Shown here piece after piece: positions 55,517 through 64,000 of a DNA stretch of 64,000 nt. A model generated the notes under the pieces. It saw only the letters and a program-made list of their open reading frames with translations. It made no database searches and was not told where the DNA came from. The DNA is taken from NCBI RefSeq assembly GCF_006345805.1, contig NW_021831752.1:310001-374000 (forward strand), given 5' to 3'. Within the stretch, counting starts at the first letter, position 1, and every line of letters begins with the position of its first letter. Made by a program: the position numbers and the translations under genes. The DNA is from Octopus sinensis. Its lineage: Eukaryota.

Positions 55517-56405
55517 TTAAACATCCGAAAACGTAGACAAACAAAGTCTCCTCTCCCATAAAAGTCCTTCACTCAAACCCATCTCGGAGGCTACCAATCA
55601 CCAACACAAAATACAGGCCCTGATCGCCTCCTTGCATTTAATAACCAAATTCCGTGGACATTCCCCAATCGCATCCCCACATCGAATGGCTGCTGGCAGA
55701 ACGTCAGCACTCTTATAAACCTCGCAAACAAGTCCTGTCGAGTAATCTCCCACATTTACCACACTCCTTTGCCTTTTTAGCTGAGATGGGTTCCCCAGTG
55801 AGGACCATTTCCATTGCCTGATATTTCCCTACTGCTCTTGGAAGATTTTGGGTTCCTCCACCGCCAGGACATGTCCCCAATTTGATTTCTGGTTGGCCGA
55901 ACTGTGCGTTCTCAGAAGCATAAATAATATCGCAGGACATGGCCACCTCACAGCCACCACCCAACTATTAAACTGACATATTTCTTAAGACCACAAATCC
56001 ATGGACTGCTGCTATTATTGGCAAACGAAATTTATCAAGACAAGTCCAATTGCCGAATGTATTATTTGAATAACTGGCTGGATATGTCCGATCCAACATT
56101 TCAGGAATGTCGGCTCCGGCTAATTGTGAGTGAATAATACACACCCGCGAATGCCCTGTGAGACCCAGTTAGGATTACGGACTTGATTTGCTCATTTCTC
56201 TCAAAGGACTGCAGGCAGGCCTCGATTTCCAACATTATTTGGTCACAGAGGGAGTTAAAAGCTCGTGGTCTATTCATTTTTATGAGTCCTATATTTTTGT
56301 TTATTCCTACTATATCTGTGATTATCAATTTGTCTATTCAATTATTATATTTATGTTACTTTGATTGCATAAATGTCTGCAAATTATATTACAAACACCA
56401 CTCAT
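55517..56405 (-). CDS. ECHS1: Enoyl-CoA hydratase (crotonase family), multi-exon; both ends uncertain
   Basis: [12 protein letters not shown]|[47 protein letters not shown]. Confidence 0.88.
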
Positions 56406-56493
56406 AACAACAAATCACTATAATCAAATATAATATTTAAAATTTAAAATCAATTAATTAAAAAATTTGATTCAGGAATTATTGGTTGATGTG

Positions 56494-58148
56494 GTGAGCA
56501 CGTGGACAGACCCAAGAGATAACCGGAATCGGATCAGACTACTGAATAAAGTCATAAAACAGTCTGCAAAGGACAAACGGTACTGGAGGGCTGAAAAGTT
56601 CGCCAGAAGATTAAATGCGGAGGTCCCACTAACAAAAGTATGGGCATTTTAAAAAGATTCACAAACCCGGAGAGATTTAAATCGGGTGAGGATAATGCGG
56701 CTCTCTTCATCAACAAATTGATAAAGTTGTACGCTGGGATCAGTAACATCCCGCACAGGAAATATGATGGACTACGTTTGAAGTTGTTGAAACCTTGAAG
56801 ATGTCGGGACTTGATAATCCTCACCCATGACGAGGTGTCTCAGGCTATCAGAAATTTAAGAAGCACTGGCTCTTGTGGACCTGATGGAATTCCTACTATT
56901 CTGGTAAAAAACCTAGGACAGGTGGCAATATCAGCTCTTTGTCAAATTTACAACTTTTCTATAAACAACATTGTGGAAAATGGCACACATTCGTCCTATT
57001 CTGAAACCAGGGAGACCAAAAGACAACCCATATCTCTCCTCTGTGTCCTATCCAAAGTTCTGGAAAAATTTATTCTCAACCACATCAAACAATATCTCCC
57101 GGATTTGGATTTTCAACATGGATTTAAATGTGATAAATCAACCACTTTGACGAACTTCATCTCATGTGGACTATCTGCCAAATCGTATAACTTAAAAACA
57201 GTTATGTGCCCAGTGGATATCCATAAGGATTTTTACTCCGTTTCCAGGAAAATACTGACCAGGAAAATATACAGTGAATTTCACCCAAAGCTGAAAAAGT
57301 GGCTAGCTAACTTCCTCAGCGGCCGAAGAGGTAGGATTCAACAAAACAATACAAGATCGATGTCACGATATTTTCCAAACTGAGTCCCTCAAGGCTCAGC
57401 CCTTTCGTCAGCTCTTTTTAACTTATTCTTATTGGACCTTCCGCTGCCAAACGACAAACACTCAATCTGAGTCGTGAGGTTAACACGGCAAGTTCAAAAC
57501 TGTACTATTTCCACAATCTCGAAAGTTGGCTTTCGATAGATCGACGAGTCCTGAAAAATCAGTCACTACGCTTCTGACTTCAGCAAGGAAATTTGGGGAA
57601 ATGGTGGTGAACTTATATCTAAACAACATGGAAATCCCTTTTAAAAAATCCCAGAAAATCCTCGGCGTGACATGAGATAGTCATATGTGTTTCTCCCAAC
57701 AATTTGAAAATGTTACTACTAGCTGCATGAAGAAACTGAACATTTTAAAAGTGTTCCTCCGAAAATGCAAATATTGGATCACAGCATCCCCACACGCCAA
57801 TCAATCTACCGGCAATACATCGAACCCTTCATTAGTTATGCTTGTGGGGCGTTGGGAGGGTTAGTCAGTGAAACGAACCGTGAAAAAATCGAAAAAACTC
57901 AAGAAAGATTTCGGGAAGCACTACAAAGACAGAATTAACATCTATCCATCCCCTCATTCAAAGAAATCCTGGGATTCAAAGAAAGCATGGGCCTACAGGT
58001 CCCAAAACTCCACCAACGCGCCCTCATAGAAATTGTGTCGGGACTAGGGTGCAGCACCGGGCAAAGATGAGAACCCTCCTCAGAGAAGCCGGGATCACCT
58101 GATTAACTAGTTCTATGTTTTGGACGGTGATCTTGGTTCTAATAATAA
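56494..58148 (+). mobile_element. Degenerate jockey/I-like LINE with (TAA)n tail, flanked by a 34-35 bp direct repeat
   Basis: GSCGPDGI, PISLLCVLSKVLEK, QHGFK, VPQGSALS; repeat at 56459-56493 and 58149-58183 (1 mismatch). Confidence 0.8.
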
Positions 58149-58268
58149 TAAAAAATTTGATTCAGGAATAATTGGTTGATGTGATACCTCCCACCTCCCA
58201 ATTCTAATAGACGGAAAAACCTACAAAAAAACAAATGCAGGCCAAAAGAACTCAAAGAATAATAAAAA

Positions 58269-59246
58269 TCACTCAGCAACAGTAATTTGGTCAAGTTTTT
58301 TAGTAACAGCGTGGGCAATCATCTCCGAAATATAATCACTGATAATCTCACTAATCTAAAACAACTCAAATAAAACAGAAAACAGCAAATTCCGCAGAAA
58401 TATCGTAAGCCATGTCAACCGCAGTGTCAAAAACAGGCATTTTATGTCTAGTAAGTGCAATAATGCAATTCCGAACTCGGGCAATGTCACTAAATTGTTC
58501 AGAAACAATCTAAAAATAAGCAAAAGCACAAACAGCAGAGTTTTCCTGAGCAGGAAACAGCCAAATATTGCCGTTATTACCAAAAACGACACTCACAGCA
58601 CATGTGAGAGTACAAAAGTGTGATTTACAGCGTCTAACCAAAGAAGGGGATATTTTGACCAACACTCCCAGATGGAGCTTCCATTAGTGGAGAAAGCCAA
58701 CCTTGCCATATCTGTTACTCCGTGAGTGTAGTTGGATACAGCCGTCGGTGGGGACTGTCCGCACTTCCGCACTGATTAGGTCACCTTCGTTGAGGTACGT
58801 CTTCATCAGTTTTTCGTCCTCAAAAGACTTAATTCTCTACTCACTAAGCAAGCAGGCAATCACCGAGTCCCCACTGGGCAGAATCACTGCCGACAGTGGC
58901 AGGATTGCGTCTTGACGGGAATTTATGTTGACTCTCCACTTCCTGAGGCCCACCCCGACGATTCGACCGACAACCACGTCCCCCACTTCCCCCATGTATC
59001 TGGTCTTTAGTGGGATGACTCGGGCTAGTTGATTCACGTAGTTCACTACTCCAGCAATTGTGGCCTTTATTTCGCCCTTGTTGTCTCGGACTGTGCCGTG
59101 GCCACTTTTGGTTAGTTTGGTTGTTTATACTGCATGTACATTGGGTTGGTCACGATTGTGTCTCCGGGCACTACTATTCCACTCACACTGCTTTCTGTTT
59201 TTTCTTTTTTGGTTCTATTTTTTAATGAATAGATAATCGTGGACAT
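58269..59246 (-). CDS. EXOSC2: Exosome complex component RRP4, multi-exon
   Basis: VVPGDTI, GHGT, PLKTRYMGEVGDVVVGRI, WRVNINS, YLNEGDLISAEV, VFGNNGNIW. Confidence 0.92.
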
Positions 59247-59398
59247 GCCACACAAACTACTCGATATATTAAATTTATTTAATAATAAATAAATCATCAC
59301 TTAATCTCAATAAATAATATTCCTCAACTTTAAATTAGTCATAAATAGAGGGTCGGCTTCCCTATTGAAAAAAACAAATTGATATAAATGTTTAAATT

Positions 59399-61344
59399 TT
59401 TTTTTTGGAAGATTAAAAAATATATTAAGAGTATGAGAAATCGTCAAAAAAAACTAGCTATTATGTACTGGCTCGCAGGATTGAAAGACAATTCCCGCGT
59501 AAAACAGCCTGCGAGATCCTCTGAATAAGGAATATAAATTCCCTCGGATCTCTGGAGCGGTAGGTGCACAGGCGGCCAAGTTTCTTGAGATGAGCAAGCG
59601 TCTTGGCCCCAAAAACACAGGAAGTTTCGACGGCAATTGCCCAAAAGCAAAATCGATCGCGTAAATCGTCGTATTTCGTTAGTTTTGTGAATTCGGCCAT
59701 CTCAGCCGACGAACCGGGTCGACAAGCCGTAGCATTTAAGGCACCCTTGGCGAAAGAGTCAGAACAGGTGACGTCCCACACGAGCTGCTTCCCGGATTCA
59801 AAAGCGAAAAGCGTACAGCCGTCTGGACGTTTTGCATCTTCAAGAACAAGGCCCGTCGGTTCCAGAATAGAGGGGAAACCAGCTCTTTCCAGAGCTTTGT
59901 GAATTAGATTGTTGATTTCGGTGTGCCGAGGGAATCGGCCGGGGCTCATTCGACAAGACAGAGGATGTAACCCAAAGGCGTCAACTTTATCTCCACAACG
60001 ACATGGGTGAGGTCTGCAGACAGGGAGTTCAAGGCGATTACAGATACCCAAGCGGAGTGAATCCCTATCGAGGACAGTACATTCAGCCAGGAGCCTGAGT
60101 ATGGCTGACAGGCGGAACGGAAACAAGCCAGTCTGTGTTGGTCGAGGAGTGGTTCCAAGTCAGTTGAAGATCGACGGCAAAGAATTTTGTCCCAGTCTCG
60201 CTGAGAAAAGACATCGGAAGGGACTTCAGAGAAATTGCGTTTCCAAAGAGCAAGGGCCGAATCAATATCCGAGTCCAACGATGATTCAGTAGTTTTTTCC
60301 AGAATTTTTTGGACAAGAAGATATAATCCAGACGCCGAAGAAAGAAAGGCAGGAAGGGCCAAATCAATACTGGAACGGAGGCCCCGTGACTCACAGGAAG
60401 TTTAGCCTGACACCAGGCAATATCGTCGAAATGCACATTGATAATTTTCTCCGCAGACCTCCGAACCAATGAATCATAAGATTCCAGCACTTGTGTGGCA
60501 TAAAAACAAGGTGAGCTCCTCAGTATATAAACGATTTTTGGGATCAAAAGATAGTTCTTGAAAATGTAGAATGAAGGATGAGGATCAATGGCAGAAAGTT
60601 TTTCACAAAGAGATGCTATAAGATTTTTTTTGGCAAGGAGGATTCGTGTAGCTGAGTCGGCGAGAATCGGTGACCCCAGAATTTCCAGATCAGACAGAGG
60701 TGTCTGTCTCAACTCAGGAAGGAGTCCGCAAAAAAGAGAGAAGGAGTTCTTAAACAGGGATGGCTCAACAGAGAGATTGACAATCTCGGACTTGCTGGAA
60801 TTAATAACCAGACCAATGTCGGATAAAGCCGGAATTAGACTGGCTAAGTCCTTTAGCAAAACATCAGGCGGACCGCCAAGGGTGCAATCGTCGAGATACC
60901 AAAGATTAAGGGGTGATTCGTTAACGCGGGCAATGGCATCCACGGCAAGAGCGAACAGTAATGGGCCCAAAGGATCCCCCTGTTGGACGCCACAGGACGA
61001 AGAAATGAAAGAACCACCGGCGATTAAAAGTGATGGAAGCGAGTACGAAAGCGATATAAAGGGAAGCAAGTGTGGAACACGGTCTTGGCAGACCTCCAAC
61101 ATATGACCACGGTCCAGAGAATTGAAAGCATTAGTTACATCCAGTTTCAATAAGGCAAGGGAAATATTGGAACGAGTAGAACCGTGAATAAAACAACGAC
61201 AGGCATGGACAGAAGACTCGCAACCGCCAGGAACACCCACACCCAACTGAATGGGCTGCAGTTGCTCGCCAATAGAAGGAATAACTGACTTACAACAGAC
61301 TTTCGCTTTGCCGCTTAGGAATAAATTGCACAAGTTAGTGCAAG
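59399..61344 (-). mobile_element. CRE-clade retrotransposon, largest copy (RT plus RLE), 5'-truncated, frameshifted
   Basis: QLGVGVPGGCE, LDVTNAFNS, GVQQGDPLGPLLF, WYLDD, KRPDG; poly-A; exact 12-bp TSD aatgtttaaatt at 59387-59398 and 61345-61356. Confidence 0.93.
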
Positions 61345-61418
61345 AATGTTTAAATTAGACAAAACTCAATCCGATAGAATAATTAACAAAGAACGGGAAA
61401 ATTGCGAAGAAATGTGAA

Positions 61419-62240
61419 CTAGTCATTGAGCAAAGGAAATGAATAATGAGAAATGCCCCCATCTCTACTCAGCATGGAAACGACGACAGAATCCCCAACT
61501 TCTATAAGTCGATGTGAAGCAGCTCTAAATATATTCTGACAACAGGCATTAATCTCATCAACACTCATATCCACATCTTCACTTCTGGTCACCTTTTCAG
61601 TACCAGAAATGTTGTGTTTGCCCACCTGAAATCCTCACTGACGGAATACCAGATTAGCCAAAAGAGGAGTCATAATAGCAGCCCCCATTCCACTGGCCGA
61701 GTAAATAACCTTTTCAATGCAGCCGACTGGGTCGTAGTCGTAGACACACGCACTTCCTGCCATCCAACCACCACCAACAACCTTCGTTGTCAAATCCGGC
61801 CACCACAGGGAAGGCGTAGTAAGGAAAGAACCTCTTGCTGTACAACTTCATGGCCAAACGATGGGAGAATGAATCACATGTTAAGGGCAGACTGGAGTCC
61901 TCGTCATATCTCTACCCAATTACTCACCACACAACCTCCACGATCAATTTCATCTCCTTGACCAAGGTGGTGGCATCCCCCTGATATCCACATGTGGTCA
62001 TTAGTATATTTTTATTACTATTTAGTCATTAAGGGCTATACATTTGGTGGTTTCTGTTCATTTCCCGAGAGAGAATTTGGTATCCGGACGTAAGACGAGT
62101 GTCAGATGCGAGTACAACGTAATTTTTGGTAGCAATACCAATGACTGAACTAACATGTTATTCACATGAGGAAAATACCCCCCGTTAAATTCGTAGGGGT
62201 TCCATTGCTCCTCTTTTGATGTCAAAATTGAACTTATCAT
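61419..62240 (-). CDS. PSMB1: Proteasome subunit beta type-1 (beta6), multi-exon
   Basis: WNPYEFNGG, VIGIATKNYVVLASDTRL, AASHRLIEVGD, C-terminal PLLND. Confidence 0.9.
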
Positions 62241-62417
62241 CACTAGAGCTATAACGTTCTATAATTATTATTTAAATTGCAAAAATGAATTTTATTGATA
62301 TATTAGATATAATTTGAATGCTTTTTAATATTTTACAGAAAATAAGTTTTTTAAACAATTTATTATAGGATCATACGTGGATTAAAAATGTCAAAAACAA
62401 TGTTATAAATAAATTGA

Positions 62418-63459
62418 TTATTGGAAATAGGAGATCAATGCGGTTATCACTGTGCCCAATATTAATCCGAATAATTCTATAGAAAAAAGAATTATTCCAA
62501 TTTTTGTAGAACTATTATCTTTAAGCAAACTGAGTCTGTTTTTTTTGACTTGTTGTGTCTGGGCAGTCAAATAATATGAGAACCATTCCATTAATCGAAA
62601 CGTTGAGAAATACTCCAGCAACAAAAGCCAGGCCCCAATTAAGTATTCCTGTAATATTCCCAAAAATAATCCCAACAAAGAACCCAAAATAAAAAAATGC
62701 TACTGAAATAAAATTGAGAATTAAAATCTTCTTTTTAGAAAACTCCATGCTCAGGAAAATAGAAATATCACCTAAATTGTAACGAAAAACACGTGCCAAT
62801 TTCGTGAGTAAATTCTTCAAAGAATATTATAATGCTTAAACTAAGACCAAATACAATGCTGGTCGAATAAGCAATGCTCAAAGAGAATCCGTCCATAAAT
62901 TTATGAATGCTGTCCCCAACAATCATAGAAACGACCAACGAGTTGTCAATTGGTTCTTGTTCCTTTTATACTTTAATAAGAATTACAAATTGAATCGGTT
63001 CTTGACATTTATAATTCGAATAAAAGTCGGAAATAGAACTGAATATATATATTAACAAGTTTCCGATCTGCATCACTATGCCTTTCCAAAGAATTGTTTT
63101 TTTAGGTTCGTCGATTGCGAAAATCTGCGACTTTAAGTGACAATCGGACAACCTCAGGTATCAAAAATAGGAGAGTGGCACTACTAGTCGCCCCAATAGA
63201 CAGTGTTATGAAAAACAGGAGCATATATTTGTATAATGAATATTTGCTTATAAACACAAATGAAATCCCGAAAGCAGATAATAACGAGAATACTAATAAA
63301 GTCAGCAGCCCACACATCCACACTGAATTTAAAATCATCAAAAATACCTAATCGTTTGCTTGGCAATTTATGGTTTGATGGATTTTCGTTGTTGGCGGGT
63401 GATTTGTTCAAAACCATGTGGCTGTTTATCCCAATGAACAGAAGGGGCAAGTAATACAT
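62418..63459 (-). CDS. ZIP (SLC39) LIV-1 subfamily metal transporter, ZIP8/ZIP14-like, multi-exon; 5' end uncertain
   Basis: LLFLIPE, MIVGDSIHKFMDG, FEEFTHEIG|D, AFVAGVFL; multiple TM segments. Confidence 0.82.
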
Positions 63460-64000
63460 TTATCAAATTCACGAATGCTTTATTATTATTTGAGTTTGAT
63501 TGATTTTATCAAAATTCCGAGAACTTTTGATATTTAGGTTAATGGGAAAATGGGAAATTATAAGTCAATTTTTGATGATCCTTCGATTCGATGGAGGATT
63601 TTATCACGTTCAACTTGAATTTTAACGAGCATTATTTTTAGAAGTTGGTTTTTCATTCGGGAATATATATTATTACTTTAAAATTCTGTTATCTCAGTTG
63701 TTTCAAATAACTTTCACGTAGGTTTCTAGAATTATTTAAAAAGGATTTTTAAAGGATATTCTATTTGTTTAATTGTACTATTTTCACCCTTTTATTACTC
63801 GAATTGACATTTACCATTAAAGATAACTTTAATTATCAATAATTGAATTGTATAAAATAATTTTTCTGACTAAAAAGATGAGGATAAATCAAAGCATCGA
63901 AAAAGATTGTCAAGAAATGGTGAAATTTCAAATTTTTTTTTTAATTGTAGAAACTTTTTAAAAATCAAATATAAAAACTGTTTAAGCTTGACCTCTTTCT

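Overview
AT-rich eukaryotic (most likely metazoan) genomic DNA. About 19 housekeeping-type genes are split by many very short spliceosomal introns (mostly 22-31 nt), so the supplied ORF track fragments them: SLC6 transporter, cyclophilin, OAT, CRAT, MCM4, RTF1, RAD23, SNAP29, COMMD5-like, PDHB, TDRD12-like, GMF, an RDH-type SDR, an LRR protein, VPS51, RPP30, ECHS1, EXOSC2, PSMB1 and a ZIP8/14-like transporter. The gene islands are separated by blocks of nested transposable elements: CRE-clade and R4-like RLE retrotransposons, RTE and jockey-like LINEs, Tc1, hAT, Ginger-like integrase elements, a Merlin-like MITE and a 42-bp minisatellite. The intron sizes suggest a reduced parasitic animal such as a dicyemid or myxozoan (inference, not determined). 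Most notable: (1) a repeated C/A-rich to G/T-rich strand-skew switch inside gene islands, also visible in introns; (2) frequent GC-AG micro-introns with non-consensus donors; (3) a twin-primed, 5'-inverted RTE insertion with an intact TSD; (4) a TDRD12-like protein with no helicase; (5) non-site-specific CRE elements, mostly with 12-bp TSDs; (6) an intact DD35E Tc1. No CRISPR array, rRNA or tRNA was recognised. Exon boundaries were placed by eye and gene ends are approximate.
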